NCBI GenBank assembly: GCA_965248835.1
Contig: CBDFLJ010000001.1
Coordinates: forward strand, 2,112,001-2,176,000
Length of the DNA: 64,000 nucleotides
From: Alphaproteobacteria bacterium
GTDB lineage: Bacteria; Pseudomonadota; Alphaproteobacteria; MPNO01
Direction of reading: 5' to 3'
Notes under the pieces: generated by a model
Database searches by the model: none
The model's input: only the letters and a program-made list of their open reading frames with translations
Told to the model about the DNA's origin: nothing
Made by a program: the position numbers and the translations under genes
Shown: positions 27,989 through 39,006 of the stretch, piece by piece
Position numbering within the stretch: position 1 is the first letter of the stretch
How the letters are laid out: each line of letters opens with the position of its first letter

Positions 27989-29437
27989 TCAAATGCCGGT
28001 TTCCGCCGAAGGCGGGGCCGGGATGGCCGGCAGAACCGCTTCGACGGCCGCGCTCAACGCCAGCAACGCACGGTCGCTCCCTGCCGGGCCGTCAAGTTCC
28101 ATGCCGATCGGCAGACCGTCGGCGGAGAGACCGGCCGGCAGGGTGACGCCGGGAAGGCCGGCAAGGCTGGAAGGTCCAGTATTGCGAATGAAGGTCTGGA
28201 AGGTCGGGACCCGTTCGCCGTTCAGCTCGACCGTCTCGTCCTCGCCGATGGGTGCGGCGGGGAGCGGCGTTGTCGGAAAGATCGCCGCGATCAGATCGTT
28301 CGACGCGAAATAATCGGCATAGGCGGCGCGGAGCGCCGGCCGCGTCTGCGTGAGCGCCTCGCGGTAGATCGGCTCTGGAATGGCGCCCTCGGGCGTCAGC
28401 AGGCTTTGCAGGAGGCCCTGGACATCCGGGCTGCCCGCGGCGGCCGCAAGGCCGGCAAAATCGAGCGACAGGCCGCTTCCCGAAAGATACCGGTTCAGTT
28501 CGACCACGGTCTCGAACAGGGCGATCGGAAATCCCGCCGCCTCATCCAGTTTCGGAACCTCGGCCATCTCCGCTTCGACCAGAACGGCTCCCGCCGTTGC
28601 GAGCGCGGCCAGCGCCTCGTCCGCCACGCGCGCGGTTTCGGGATCGAGGTCCTCGTAGAAATGGGCGCGCGGGACGCCGATTCGGGCGCCTTTCAGGGAT
28701 AGGTCCGGCAGATCGTCCGGCGCCCCGGTAATGACGCTGTCGAACAGAGCCAGGTCCTCGACCGAGCGCGCGAGCGGCCCGGCTGTATCCCGCGTATTGG
28801 AGATCGGGACGATGCCGGCTTGCGCATATCTTCCGGTCGTCGGGCGCAGCCCCGCCACGCCGCACAGCGCAGCCGGGATCCGCACCGACCCGCCGGTGTC
28901 CGTGCCCATCGCAACCGGCGCCAGCCGGGCAGCGACGGCGGCGGCGGAGCCGCCGCTGCTGCCGCCCGGGATCCGGGCGGGGTCGTAGGGATTGCGCGCC
29001 GCACCGAAGGCGCTGTTGTTCGACGTGATGCCGAAGGCGAGCTCGTGCATGTTGAGCTTGCCCATGACGTAGGCGCCCTCGTCAATGAGCCGCTGGAGGA
29101 CGGGTGCATTCTGGGCCGGGCGGTGATCGCGCAGGCCGGGGGTGCCGCCGGTTGTCGGCATGTTGTCGGTATCGAAATTGTCCTTCACGGGCACCGGCAG
29201 CCCGGCCAGGCGGCCGCCGGCTCCCGATGCCGCGCGCGCCGCGGCGTCGAGCACCTGCTCCGGATCAAGATGGATGAAGGCGTTCAGCCCACCGGCGCGC
29301 TCGCATTGCGCCAGCAGCGCTTCGGCGTATTCGCGGGCGGAAATACGCCCGTCGCCGATCTCGCGCAGCGCCTCCGACGCGGTCCAGTCTGCAGTATGAC
29401 TCACGACAGCTTCCCTTTGTTGTGGGTCGGCGCGCAA
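27989..29437 (-). CDS. Amidase signature enzyme (indoleacetamide hydrolase-like); true start probably near 29404-29407
   Basis: [23 protein letters not shown] (Lys-Ser-Ser triad). Confidence 0.9.
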   Translation of the reverse strand: MRADPQQREAVVSHTADWTASEALREIGDGRISAREYAEALLAQCERAGGLNAFIHLDPEQVLDAAARAASGAGGRLAGLPVPVKDNFDTDNMPTTGGTPGLRDHRPAQNAPVLQRLIDEGAYVMGKLNMHELAFGITSNNSAFGAARNPYDPARIPGGSSGGSAAAVAARLAPVAMGTDTGGSVRIPAALCGVAGLRPTTGRYAQAGIVPISNTRDTAGPLARSVEDLALFDSVITGAPDDLPDLSLKGARIGVPRAHFYEDLDPETARVADEALAALATAGAVLVEAEMAEVPKLDEAAGFPIALFETVVELNRYLSGSGLSLDFAGLAAAAGSPDVQGLLQSLLTPEGAIPEPIYREALTQTRPALRAAYADYFASNDLIAAIFPTTPLPAAPIGEDETVELNGERVPTFQTFIRNTGPSSLAGLPGVTLPAGLSADGLPIGMELDGPAGSDRALLALSAAVEAVLPAIPAPPSAETGI

Positions 29438-29721
29438 TGTTGATCTCTATGCTTACGTAATATCAATCACTTAACGCGCCGATCGGCGCCGAACCGATGC
29501 GCCGGCTCACACCCGGTGCGATGCTTCTGCTGCCGGTGACGGAGGCTCAACGAAACCATGAATGTCGATTGGGCGTAGTCGAGGCGACCTTCACACCCGT
29601 CGCGCACTTCGACGCACGGCTTGACACCTCTGTGAGCGTCATGACCGAAAGCGCCCTTGCGCCGCCTCGAGACCGCCGAGGCGGTCATCACCGACAAGCG
29701 CACGATGCACGCGCTCGCCCG

Positions 29722-29865
29722 GCCGGCGGTCGAGGACTGCGCACAGCCGCTCGACCGCCGCGCCGTGCCGCCTGTTAGGCGGCCGCGCCGCCCTGCTGCG
29801 CCTGGGTCTTGCCGTAGAGCAGCTCCCAGGCCTTGTCGGAATAGCCGGGGCCGGCGCGCCGATGC
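29722..29865. repeat. Direct repeat copy B: functional GST 3' end and downstream hairpin
   Basis: Matches 21583-21706; contains GGCGGTCGAG...CTCGACCGCC stem. Confidence 0.92.
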
Positions 29866-30500
29866 TCCGCCAGCGTCTCGACCGCCTTGGCCACCGCCGG
29901 CCGCGCGGCGATCTTGTCGCGCCAGGCTTTCACCCGCGGATAGCGGTCTATCTCCACCCCCTGGTTCTCGGGGAAGCGAAGCCAGGGGAAGATAGCCATG
30001 TCGGCGATGGTGTACGCGCCCGCCGCCACCCAATCGCGCCCGTCCAGCCGCTTTTCCAGCACGCCGTAGAGACGGTTGGCCTCATTGACGTAGCGGTCGA
30101 TGCCGTATTGCAGCTTCTCGCGCTCGAAGCGCTGCGGGGCGTAGTTGTTGAAGTGGTGCGCCTGGCCCAGCATGGGACCGATCCCGCCCATCTGCCACAT
30201 CAGCCATTGCAGGGTGTCGTAGCGCGGCTCCGGATCGGTCGGCAGGAAACGGCCCGTCTTGTCGCCGAGATAGATCAGGACCGCCCCGGACTCGAAGACC
30301 GCGATCTCCTTGCCGCCGGGTCCGTCGCGGTCGACGATCGCCGGCATCTTGTTGTTCGGGCTGATCTTCAGGAATTCGGGGTCGAACTGGTTGCCTTCCA
30401 TGATGTTGATCGGGTGCACGGTCCATTCCAGCCCGCACTCTTCCAGCATGATATGGACCTTGTGCCCGTTCGGCGTGGGCCACGTGTAGCAGTCGATCAT
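29775..30500 (-). CDS. Glutathione S-transferase family, YfcG-like disulfide oxidoreductase
   Basis: WPTPNGHK, ISPNNKMPAI, FESGAVL, YTIADMA. Confidence 0.92.
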   Translation of the reverse strand: MIDCYTWPTPNGHKVHIMLEECGLEWTVHPINIMEGNQFDPEFLKISPNNKMPAIVDRDGPGGKEIAVFESGAVLIYLGDKTGRFLPTDPEPRYDTLQWLMWQMGGIGPMLGQAHHFNNYAPQRFEREKLQYGIDRYVNEANRLYGVLEKRLDGRDWVAAGAYTIADMAIFPWLRFPENQGVEIDRYPRVKAWRDKIAARPAVAKAVETLAEHRRAGPGYSDKAWELLYGKTQAQQGGAAA

Positions 30501-30601
30501 TCGCCTTTTCCCTGGGTTCGGTTCGGGGTGGTCTGGCTCGAAACTAGGGCGCGGCGCCCGCCCGGGCAATTCGCCGGGGCCTATTCCGGTCCGGACATGC
30601 C

Positions 30602-32053
30602 TCAGGCGTGGAGCCTGGCGCGCAGGATGTCGTTGACCGCCTTGGGGTTGGCCTTGCCCTTGGTCGCCTTCATGACCTGGCCGACGAAGAAGCCGAAGAG
30701 CCTTTCCTTGCCCGATCGGTATTCGACCACCTTGTCGGCCTGGCTGGTGAGAATCTCGTCGACCACCGCCTCGATCGCGCTCGCGTCGGTGACCTGCCTG
30801 AGGCCGCGCGACTCGACGATGGCGGCGGCGTCCTCGCCGGTCTCGACCATGGCCTGGAAGACATCCTTGGCGATGCGCCCGGAGATCGTCCCGTCGGCGA
30901 TCAGGTCGAGCAGCCCGCCGAGTGCGGCGGCGCTCACCGGGGATTCCGCGATCGAGATCCCGGCCCTGTTGAGCGCCCCGAACAGGTCGTGGATCACCCA
31001 GTTTGCCGCAAGCTTCGCATCGCGCCCGTGCGTGACGGCCTCGAAATACTCGGCGTTCTCGCGCTCGGCGACCAGGACGTCCGCATCCTCGGCCGTCAAC
31101 CCGAACGCCGCAACGAAGCGCGCGCGCTTGGCATCGGGAAGCTCCGGCAACGCGGCGCGGATGCGGGCGATCCGCTCCTCCGAAAGCTCGACCGGCAGCA
31201 GGTCGGGGTCGGGAAAATAGCGGTAATCATGCTCTTCCTCCTTGCTGCGCATCGGCCGGGTCACCCCGCGCGCATCGTCGAACAGCCGGGTCTCCTGGGC
31301 GACCGCCCCGCCGCCCTCGATCACTTCGATCTGGCGCCGGGCCTCGTAATCGGCGGCCTGGCGGATAAAGCGGATCGAGTTGAGGTTCTTGATCTCGCAG
31401 CGCGTGCCGAGATCCCCGCCCGGCCGGCGGACCGAGACGTTGACGTCCGCGCGCAGCGAGCCCTCCTGCATGTTGCCGTCGCAGGTCCCGAGATAGCGCA
31501 GGATCGAGCGCAGCTTCGTCATATAGCAAGCCGCCTCCTCGCCCGAGCGCATGTCGGGCTCCGAGACGATCTCCATCAGCGCGACCCCGGCGCGGTTGAG
31601 ATCGACCAGGGTGCGCCTGGGATCCTGGTCGTGCAGGCTCTTGCCGGCGTCCTGTTCCAGGTGCAGCCGGGTGATGCCGACCCGGCGGGTCGTACCGTCC
31701 TCGAGCACGATGTCGAGATGGCCGCGGCCGACGATCGGCCTCGAATATTGCGAGATCTGATAGCCCTGCGGCAGATCGGGATAGAAATAGTTCTTGCGGT
31801 CGAACACCGAGACCCGGTTGATCTCGGCCGCCAGCCCGAGACCGGTGCGCACGGCCTGCTCCAGGCAGTGCTCGTTGACCACCGGCAGCATGCCCGGCAT
31901 TGCCGCATCGACCAGCGAGACCTGGCTGTTGGGCGCGGCGCCAAAACCGGCCGCGGCACCGGAAAACAGCTTCGATGCCGCCGTGATCTGGGCATGGACC
32001 TCCATGCCGATCACCACTTCCCACTGGCCTGTCCGGCCTTCGATCACGCCCAT
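30602..32053 (-). CDS. gatB: Asp/Glu-tRNA amidotransferase subunit B
   Basis: [33 protein letters not shown]. Confidence 0.98.
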   Translation of the reverse strand: MGVIEGRTGQWEVVIGMEVHAQITAASKLFSGAAAGFGAAPNSQVSLVDAAMPGMLPVVNEHCLEQAVRTGLGLAAEINRVSVFDRKNYFYPDLPQGYQISQYSRPIVGRGHLDIVLEDGTTRRVGITRLHLEQDAGKSLHDQDPRRTLVDLNRAGVALMEIVSEPDMRSGEEAACYMTKLRSILRYLGTCDGNMQEGSLRADVNVSVRRPGGDLGTRCEIKNLNSIRFIRQAADYEARRQIEVIEGGGAVAQETRLFDDARGVTRPMRSKEEEHDYRYFPDPDLLPVELSEERIARIRAALPELPDAKRARFVAAFGLTAEDADVLVAERENAEYFEAVTHGRDAKLAANWVIHDLFGALNRAGISIAESPVSAAALGGLLDLIADGTISGRIAKDVFQAMVETGEDAAAIVESRGLRQVTDASAIEAVVDEILTSQADKVVEYRSGKERLFGFFVGQVMKATKGKANPKAVNDILRARLHA

Positions 32054-32054
32054 C

Positions 32055-32372
32055 TCAGCCGCCCGCGCCGCGCACGATGGAGGCGATCAGCAGGCTCAGG
32101 ATGCTGAACGCCGAGACCCGGAAGATAAACATGCGCGCGAGCCGGTTCCAGTATCCGCGCCGGGCAGCCTGAACCTGCTGCATGCCGGCCCCGCGGCCGA
32201 TGCCGGCCTCGAACCTCGGCCAGGCGATGCGGTGGATCTCCCAGACCGCGTAGCCCTGAACGACCGCACCGGCGAGCACGCAATAGAGCGCACCGAGATT
32301 GGTAAAGGTGAAGGCATCCTTGCCGATCAGCCCGAGGCTGACATGGATCAGGATGTACCAGACGATGGTCAC
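32055..32372 (-). CDS. Small hypothetical membrane protein
   Basis: Fills the gatA-gatB gap on the same strand, three hydrophobic segments. Confidence 0.6.
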   Translation of the reverse strand: MTIVWYILIHVSLGLIGKDAFTFTNLGALYCVLAGAVVQGYAVWEIHRIAWPRFEAGIGRGAGMQQVQAARRGYWNRLARMFIFRVSAFSILSLLIASIVRGAGG

Positions 32373-32393
32373 CGCCCATCGCTCCGCCGCGCT

Positions 32394-33866
32394 TCAAGCC
32401 TGCGCGTTCGGCCTGACATCGAATCCGGCCGCCTTCTCGATCACCCGACCGGCCCGGAACATCGTGTCCTCGTCGAACGGCCTCGCGATCACCTGCAGCC
32501 CGAGCGGCAGCCGCGCCGCCGAAAGCCGCGCCGGCACCGACATGCCGGGCAGGCCGGCGAGGCTCGCCGGCACGGTGAGCACGTCGTTGTAGTACATCGC
32601 GATCGGGTCGCCGCTCTTCTCGCCGATCGCGAACGCATCGAACGGGCAGGTCGGCATCAGCAGCAGGTCGCAGGCCTCGAAGGCCCGGGTGAAATCGCGT
32701 GCGATCAGGGTCCGCACCTTCTGGGCCTTTATGTAGTAGGCATCGTAATATCCGGCCGACAGCACGTAGGTGCCGATCAGCACCCGCCTGCGGACTTCCG
32801 CGCCGAACCCGGCGCCGCGGGTTGCGGCGTACATCCCCGTCAGGTCCTCGTCGTCGACGCGAAGCCCGTAGCGCACGCCGTCATAGCGCGCGAGGTTGGA
32901 CGAGGCCTCGGCCGGGGCGATGATGTAATAGGCCGGCAGGGCGTAGGACGTATGGGGCAGGCTCACCTCGACCGGCTGGGCTCCGGCATCGCGGAGCCAT
33001 GCGATGCCCTGCTGCCACAGATCGTTGATCTCCGCCGGTGCCGCATCGAGCGCGTATTCGGCCGGCACGCCCACCTTGAGCCCGGCGATGCCGTCCTCCA
33101 GCGTCGCCTCGAAATCCGGCACCGGGACATCGGCCGAGGTCGAATCCTTGGGATCGAACCCCGACATCGCCGCCAGCATGATCGCGGCATCGCGCACGGT
33201 CCGGGTCAGCGGACCAGCCTGGTCGAGCGAGGAGGCGAACGCCACCGTCCCCCAGCGAGAGCAGCGGCCATAGGTCGGCTTGACGCCGACGATGCCGCAG
33301 AACGCGGCAGGCTGGCGGATCGATCCTCCGGTATCGGTGCCGGTCGCGCCCAGGCAGATGCGGGCGGCCACCGCCGCGGCCGAACCGCCCGAAGAGCCGC
33401 CGGGCACCAGGTCCGCATCCTCGCCGTTGCGGCGCCACGGGTTGATCACCGGGCCGAAATAGCTGGTCTCGTTCGATGAGCCCATCGCGAACTCATCGAG
33501 ATTGGTCTTGCCCAGCATCACCGCGCCTTCATCGCGGAGCTTCGCGGTCACCGTGGATTCGTAGGTCGGCGTGAACCCGTCGAGGATGTGCGAGGCGGCC
33601 GTGGTCGCGATGCCTGCGGTGCAGAACAGGTCCTTGATCGCAATCGGAATGCCGTCCATCGCGCGCGCCGCGCCCGCCGCCCGCCTGGCATCGGAGGTCT
33701 CGGCATCGGTGATCGCGCGCTCGGGGGTCTCGGTGATGAACGCGTTGAGTCCGCGCGCCGCCGCGACCGCTTCGATATGCGCCTCGGCCAGCTCGCGGGC
33801 GGAAAATTCGCCGGCGGAAAGGCCGTCGCGCGCCGCCGCGATGGTGAGATCGGTCAGCGCCGTCAT
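32394..33866 (-). CDS. gatA: Asp/Glu-tRNA amidotransferase subunit A
   Basis: [28 protein letters not shown]. Confidence 0.98.
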   Translation of the reverse strand: MTALTDLTIAAARDGLSAGEFSARELAEAHIEAVAAARGLNAFITETPERAITDAETSDARRAAGAARAMDGIPIAIKDLFCTAGIATTAASHILDGFTPTYESTVTAKLRDEGAVMLGKTNLDEFAMGSSNETSYFGPVINPWRRNGEDADLVPGGSSGGSAAAVAARICLGATGTDTGGSIRQPAAFCGIVGVKPTYGRCSRWGTVAFASSLDQAGPLTRTVRDAAIMLAAMSGFDPKDSTSADVPVPDFEATLEDGIAGLKVGVPAEYALDAAPAEINDLWQQGIAWLRDAGAQPVEVSLPHTSYALPAYYIIAPAEASSNLARYDGVRYGLRVDDEDLTGMYAATRGAGFGAEVRRRVLIGTYVLSAGYYDAYYIKAQKVRTLIARDFTRAFEACDLLLMPTCPFDAFAIGEKSGDPIAMYYNDVLTVPASLAGLPGMSVPARLSAARLPLGLQVIARPFDEDTMFRAGRVIEKAAGFDVRPNAQA

Positions 33867-34150
33867 TCGACGACCTTGGGGACGGCGAAGAAGTCCGCCA
33901 ACGGGTCGGGCGCGTTCGCGAGCACGTCCTGTCTTATCCCGCCGTCGGTCACCGAATCGGCGCGGCGCCGGAGCGTCATCGGCGTGACCGCGGCCATCGG
34001 CGCGACGCCTTCGGTGTCGACCTCGCCGAGCTGCTCGACCCAGCCCAGTATGTTGTTGAGCTCTCCCGACAGCGCATCGAGCCGGTCCTCGGGCACGCTG
34101 AGCCTGGCGAGCATGGCGATACGGCGTACCGTATCCCTGTCCACGGACAT
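33863..34150 (-). CDS. gatC: Asp/Glu-tRNA amidotransferase subunit C
   Basis: [17 protein letters not shown]...FFAVPKVVE; ATGA overlap with gatA. Confidence 0.96.
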   Translation of the reverse strand: MSVDRDTVRRIAMLARLSVPEDRLDALSGELNNILGWVEQLGEVDTEGVAPMAAVTPMTLRRRADSVTDGGIRQDVLANAPDPLADFFAVPKVVE

Positions 34151-34238
34151 GGCCGATCTCCGGTTCGCGGGATTGCGCGAAACTACTCTGGCATGCGGCG
34201 ACCGGCAAGCTGGTGGACCCTGCCCCCGGCGTATAAGA

Positions 34239-34721
34239 ATGACCGCCGCAGGGGAGGGATTCGCCCGGGCCTTGGCTATCTTGTCACTCGATGCGTTCGA
34301 TCCACGTTGGCGCCTTATGGGCCTGGATGTCGGCGCCAGAACCATCGGGCTTGCCGTCGGCGAGCCGACGCCGGGCCTGGCGACACCGCTGGAAACGATC
34401 CGCCGGACCCGGTTCTCGGCCGATGCGCACCGCCTGTCCACGCTGATCGAGGAACACCGGATCGACGCCCTGGTGATCGGGTTTCCGGTCAACATGGACG
34501 GCAGCGAAGGACCGCAATGCCAGTCGGTTCGCCAGTTCGCGGCCAACATGCTGGACCGGCGCGACATCCCGATCGGATTCTGGGACGAGCGGCTTTCGAC
34601 CGCCGCGGTCACGCGCGCGATGATCCAAGCCGACGTCTCGCGGCGCAAGCGCGCGGCCGCCGTCGACAAGCTTGCGGCCTGCTACATCCTTCAGGGGGCG
34701 ATGGACTTCTTGCGCCGCTGA
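34239..34721 (+). CDS. ruvX: YqgF/RuvX pre-16S rRNA nuclease
   Basis: [31 protein letters not shown]. Confidence 0.93.
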   Translation: MTAAGEGFARALAILSLDAFDPRWRLMGLDVGARTIGLAVGEPTPGLATPLETIRRTRFSADAHRLSTLIEEHRIDALVIGFPVNMDGSEGPQCQSVRQFAANMLDRRDIPIGFWDERLSTAAVTRAMIQADVSRRKRAAAVDKLAACYILQGAMDFLRR

Positions 34722-34768
34722 TCAGGCGGGCCCTATGGTCGCGGCGCTTCAACCGGAGAGGCAGGGAT

Positions 34769-35317
34769 ATGGGACGGGATATCAGGCGCATCGTCACCGG
34801 CCACGACGAGGCGGGCAAGGCGGTGGTCGTGTTCGACGGGCCGACCCCCAACGTCTTCCGGCCGGAACATCGCCCGGGCGTTCAGATCAACAATCTGTGG
34901 CTGACCGGCGAATCGCCCGCCCGGCTCGCCGGCAACGCCGAGACCACCGAGGGACGGGTCCCGCTCGAGCCGCCGGCCAACGGTGCAGTCTTCCGGGTGA
35001 TCGAGTTCCCGCCGGAAAAGGACTGGATCGACAAGATCGACCGTGCGGCGGCGCACGCGAGCTTCACCCAGTTCGGCGCCGCCCACGCCGCGGACGCCTC
35101 CGAGACCCCGCCGCATCCGCTGATGCACCGGACCGAGACGATCGACTACGCGATATGCCTGGAAGGCGAGATCTGGCTGGTGCTCGATGACTCCGAAGTG
35201 CTGATGAAGGCGGGCGATACCTGCGTCCAGCGCGGCACCAACCACGCCTGGTCCAACCGCACCGACGCGCCGTGCTTCATGGCCTTCGTCCTGATCGACG
35301 GCACGTTCGGGGGATGA
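34769..35317 (+). CDS. Cupin domain protein
   Basis: RRIVTGHD, MHRTETIDY, VQRGTNHAW. Confidence 0.9.
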   Translation: MGRDIRRIVTGHDEAGKAVVVFDGPTPNVFRPEHRPGVQINNLWLTGESPARLAGNAETTEGRVPLEPPANGAVFRVIEFPPEKDWIDKIDRAAAHASFTQFGAAHAADASETPPHPLMHRTETIDYAICLEGEIWLVLDDSEVLMKAGDTCVQRGTNHAWSNRTDAPCFMAFVLIDGTFGG

Positions 35318-35376
35318 CGCGCGGAGACCGCGAAGACCTGCGGACTTGATCCCGTAGAGCGTGTTCCGAACACGCC

Positions 35377-36519
35377 CTAGGCCGCCGCCCGGCTGGGCGG
35401 CGTGCGGTGGACATGGGGTAGCACCTCCTCGGCGATCTTGCGCATCATGCCGAGCTGATCGGGCGAGGCGATGACAAGCTGGAAGATGGTCACGCCGAGG
35501 TCGATATAGCGGTTGATCTTCTCGGCCATCTGCTTGCCGGTGCCTGACAGCGCCCAGCGGTCGACGAGGTCGGGCGAGGCCTTGTCCTTGCCGGGCGGCG
35601 GGCCATGGAAATCGGTGAGCTGGTTCTGCACGCCCCGCCAGGCGATCTCGGGCTCGTCGTCGCAGTTGGCGAACCAGTTCATGCCCATCACCGTGCCGCC
35701 GCCATAGGCCGCGCCGGTGCCCGGCCCCTTGCCGATCGAGGCCGCGATACCGGCGATGTCGGCCCGGATCGCGGCATATTCCTGTTCCGTCGGATGGACG
35801 GCGAGCCAGCCATCGCCCTGCTCGGCGACCACCCGACGAATCTTGGGACCCATCATCAAGGTGCCTGCAACCTCGCGGTTCCAGGTGTAGTGGTGCGCGC
35901 CGACGCCGTCGCGCGGCACGTAGATGCCGCCGCCGACCAGGATGGGCGGCTTTTCGGTCGGACGCGCGACACCCAGGGTCATCTCGCCGAATTTGAAGAA
36001 CGCGCCGTCAAAGGCGAACTTGTCCTCGGTCCACAGCCGGTTCATCACCTCGAGCGATTCCGCGAACAGCGCGGTGCGGTGCTTGAAGAACTGGGCGGGC
36101 TGCAGCGCGTCCTTGTTGGGGCCACGCACCGCGACCAGCGAATCGAACTGGCGCTTGAAGATGGTCGACTTGCCGGCGCCGGTGCCGGCCCCCATGACCG
36201 CGCGGCCCTCGGAGACCTCCCACAGCGTCGCCCATTGCTGGGCGACATGGACCGGGTTGCGGATCTGCGGGATCAGAATGCCGGTGCACAGCTTGATGCG
36301 CTTGGTCTGAGCGGCCGCCGCGGTCAGCGCGCCGATCGGGCAGTAGGCCGCCGTCGTCCGCCGGCCGCCCAGCGCGTCATGGACCCAGACCGCATCGAAA
36401 CCCATCGCCTCGGCCTCGCGCGCGGCATTGAGAAGCTGCGGGATGTCATAGGACTTCCCGGTGATGCCCATGGTGTTGTTGATCGATGATCCGATGATGA
36501 TCTCGTTGCCGAGGCTCAT
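35377..36519 (-). CDS. LLM class flavin- or F420-dependent oxidoreductase
   Basis: AEAMGFDAVWVHD, TKRIKLCTGIL, RNPVHVA, PPILVGG. Confidence 0.85.
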   Translation of the reverse strand: MSLGNEIIIGSSINNTMGITGKSYDIPQLLNAAREAEAMGFDAVWVHDALGGRRTTAAYCPIGALTAAAAQTKRIKLCTGILIPQIRNPVHVAQQWATLWEVSEGRAVMGAGTGAGKSTIFKRQFDSLVAVRGPNKDALQPAQFFKHRTALFAESLEVMNRLWTEDKFAFDGAFFKFGEMTLGVARPTEKPPILVGGGIYVPRDGVGAHHYTWNREVAGTLMMGPKIRRVVAEQGDGWLAVHPTEQEYAAIRADIAGIAASIGKGPGTGAAYGGGTVMGMNWFANCDDEPEIAWRGVQNQLTDFHGPPPGKDKASPDLVDRWALSGTGKQMAEKINRYIDLGVTIFQLVIASPDQLGMMRKIAEEVLPHVHRTPPSRAAA

Positions 36520-36553
36520 GGACGGGGCTCCCTGGACAATTGCGCGAAGTGGT

Positions 36554-38185
36554 TCAACGGCCGAGCTCGCGCCGTCGAAGCACCGCGCGCTGCAGCTTGC
36601 CGGTCAGGCTTTTCGGTAAGGCGTCGACGAACTCGATCTTGCGAGGATACATGAAGGGCGGGCCGTTGCGCTTGAAGAAATCCTGGATCTCGGCCTTCAG
36701 CGCCTCGTCGGCCGCATGGCCGTCGGCGAGCGCGATGAAGGCCTTGACCACCGCCGCCCGCTCGCCCGCGTCATCGGGCGAGGCGACACAGGCGCATTCC
36801 TCGACCGCTTCGTGGCGCAGCAGGATGCGCTCGACCTCGACGGGGGAGATGTTGAGCCCGCCCGAGACGATCACCTCGTCCTGGCGGGCGAGAAAATGAA
36901 TGAACCCCTGATCGTCCATCCAGATCAGGTCCTGGACGACTGTCCAGCCCTCGCGCACCGCCTCGGTCTGGATCTCGCCGGGGCTCCAATAGACCGTGGC
37001 CGTCGGCCCGCGCACGCACATCAGCCCGTGCTCGGCGTGGCCCAGCGGCGCGAAGGTCTCGGGATCGCGCACCGAGATCTCGTAACCCGGGCAGACCTTG
37101 CCCAGGGTCTCGCGCCTGATCTCGTCCTCGCCGTAACGAAAGCCGACGAAGGCGTGGAACATCTCGGTCGTACCGATGAGCTGGCTGAACGGGACACCGG
37201 TCTCCGTGTGCCAGGCCGCCTCGAATTCGGGGTAGAGCGGCTCGCCCGCGCACAGCAGGATCCTCACCGAGTCCAGCGGCACCGCGCCGCCGGACCGGCG
37301 ATGCTCCAGCAATCGGTGATAGAACGTCGGAACGCTGATGAAGATGGTCGGCCGGTGGGCGGCCAGCGCCTCCAGATAGGCCTCCACGGTCTTTTGCGGG
37401 CACAGCACCGATGCCGCGCCGAAGCGCAGCGGGTAGTACATGAAGAACGACATCCCCATTGTGAACGGCAGCGCCGGCGGGCCGGCGAAGACGTCCTCCG
37501 GTCCGGCCTTCAAAACGTAACGCGGGAAGGTGTCGCCGGCCGCCATCAGGTCGCGGTGACAATGGGCTGCCGCTTTGGGCCGGCCGGTCGTCCCGGAGGT
37601 GAACACGATCAGGCTCAAATCGTCGGCGCCGGTATCGGCCCAACCCGCGATCGGCGGCGCCGTGGATGCGAGGTCTTCCAGCGAGGCGAACCGCCCGCTG
37701 GGGTCGCGCGGGGCAACGATGACGTGCTCGGCCGCGCAGCCCGAATCGATCGCGCGCGCCACCTCGTCCAGCAGATCGGCGGCCACGACGATGAACCGCG
37801 CCCCGGTATCGGCCACCCGGTAGGCGATGTCCTCGGCGCGGAGCTGGACGAAGCTCGGCACCGCGATCCCGCCCATTCCCTGGACGGCAAGGAGCATCAT
37901 GACCATTTCCGGCGAATCGTGCTGGCGGATCACCACGCGGTCCTCAAGCCCCATCCCGGCGGCGGTCAGCGCTGCGGCGACCCGCCTGGTGCCCTCGATC
38001 AGCGCCCGGTAGCTCCAAGTCGCGCCCCGGTAGTAATAGGCCGGCCGATCGTGCCAGCCGTTGGCCTCTGCGGCCGCGAAGATCGCCGCGGTGGCGTTGA
38101 GCCGTCCGGGATAGCAAAGCTCCGGCAGCGCGTTGATCCGATGGGGCATGCCGGCCGGATCTCGCACCAGATCGAACTTGTTCAT
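36554..38185 (-). CDS. Acyl/aryl-CoA ligase (benzoate/2-aminobenzoate-CoA ligase-like)
   Basis: FTSGTTGRPK, IGTTEMFH, YPRKIEF, PKSLTGKLQR. Confidence 0.88.
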   Translation of the reverse strand: MNKFDLVRDPAGMPHRINALPELCYPGRLNATAAIFAAAEANGWHDRPAYYYRGATWSYRALIEGTRRVAAALTAAGMGLEDRVVIRQHDSPEMVMMLLAVQGMGGIAVPSFVQLRAEDIAYRVADTGARFIVVAADLLDEVARAIDSGCAAEHVIVAPRDPSGRFASLEDLASTAPPIAGWADTGADDLSLIVFTSGTTGRPKAAAHCHRDLMAAGDTFPRYVLKAGPEDVFAGPPALPFTMGMSFFMYYPLRFGAASVLCPQKTVEAYLEALAAHRPTIFISVPTFYHRLLEHRRSGGAVPLDSVRILLCAGEPLYPEFEAAWHTETGVPFSQLIGTTEMFHAFVGFRYGEDEIRRETLGKVCPGYEISVRDPETFAPLGHAEHGLMCVRGPTATVYWSPGEIQTEAVREGWTVVQDLIWMDDQGFIHFLARQDEVIVSGGLNISPVEVERILLRHEAVEECACVASPDDAGERAAVVKAFIALADGHAADEALKAEIQDFFKRNGPPFMYPRKIEFVDALPKSLTGKLQRAVLRRRELGR

Positions 38186-38318
38186 CGGCCTCAACCGTCC
38201 GGCGGCAGCAGATCGCACGGAGAACATCACAGTTGCGTCGGGCGGACAAGCGAGGCGCTTTCCAAGTTGCGCTCAAGGCTCGATAATCGGCGAAACGTCA
38301 GTCAACCCGCGAGGCAGC

Positions 38319-38972
38319 ATGTTTTACGAACCGGCCAACAACGACCACGGCCTTCCGTTCAACCCGTTGAAGTCGTGCGTCGTTCCGCGCCCGATCGGCT
38401 GGATCACGACGATGAGCACCGATGGGGTGGTCAACCTTGCGCCGTTCAGCTTTTTCAATCTGCTGAGCTACAACCCGCCCTTTGTCGTCTTCTCCGCCGG
38501 CACGCACGCTGAGGACTCCGCCCACAAGGACACCGTCGTCAACGTCGAGGCGACCGGGGAGTTCGTCTACAACATGGCAACCTGGGCGCAGCGCGATCAG
38601 ATGAACCAGACCGGGCTGATCGTCGAGCGCGGCGTCGACGAGCTGGCCGCGGCGGGGCTGGAGCCGGTGGACTCCCGCCTGGTGAAGCCGCCGCGCGTAG
38701 CCGGCGCGCCGGTCCATTTTGAATGCAAGCATCACCGCACGATCGCCCTGCCGGGCAATTCGCCCAGGCACGTCCACCAAGTCGTGTTCGGCGAGGTGAT
38801 CGGCGTGCACATCGCCGATGACGCGCTGACCGCCGACGGGCTGCTCGACGTGGTCGGGATCCGCCCCATCGCCCGGCTCGGCTACAAGGACTATATCAGC
38901 ATCCAGAGCATCTTTTCGATGGACAAGCTTTCGCCCGAGGACAACATCCCGGCGCGCCAGGCCGCAGAGTAG
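38319..38972 (+). CDS. Flavin reductase family protein
   Basis: [27 protein letters not shown]. Confidence 0.9.
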   Translation: MFYEPANNDHGLPFNPLKSCVVPRPIGWITTMSTDGVVNLAPFSFFNLLSYNPPFVVFSAGTHAEDSAHKDTVVNVEATGEFVYNMATWAQRDQMNQTGLIVERGVDELAAAGLEPVDSRLVKPPRVAGAPVHFECKHHRTIALPGNSPRHVHQVVFGEVIGVHIADDALTADGLLDVVGIRPIARLGYKDYISIQSIFSMDKLSPEDNIPARQAAE

Positions 38973-39006
38973 CAACCCGCCGGGCCGGGCGGCCGGTGCC
39001 GGGCAG

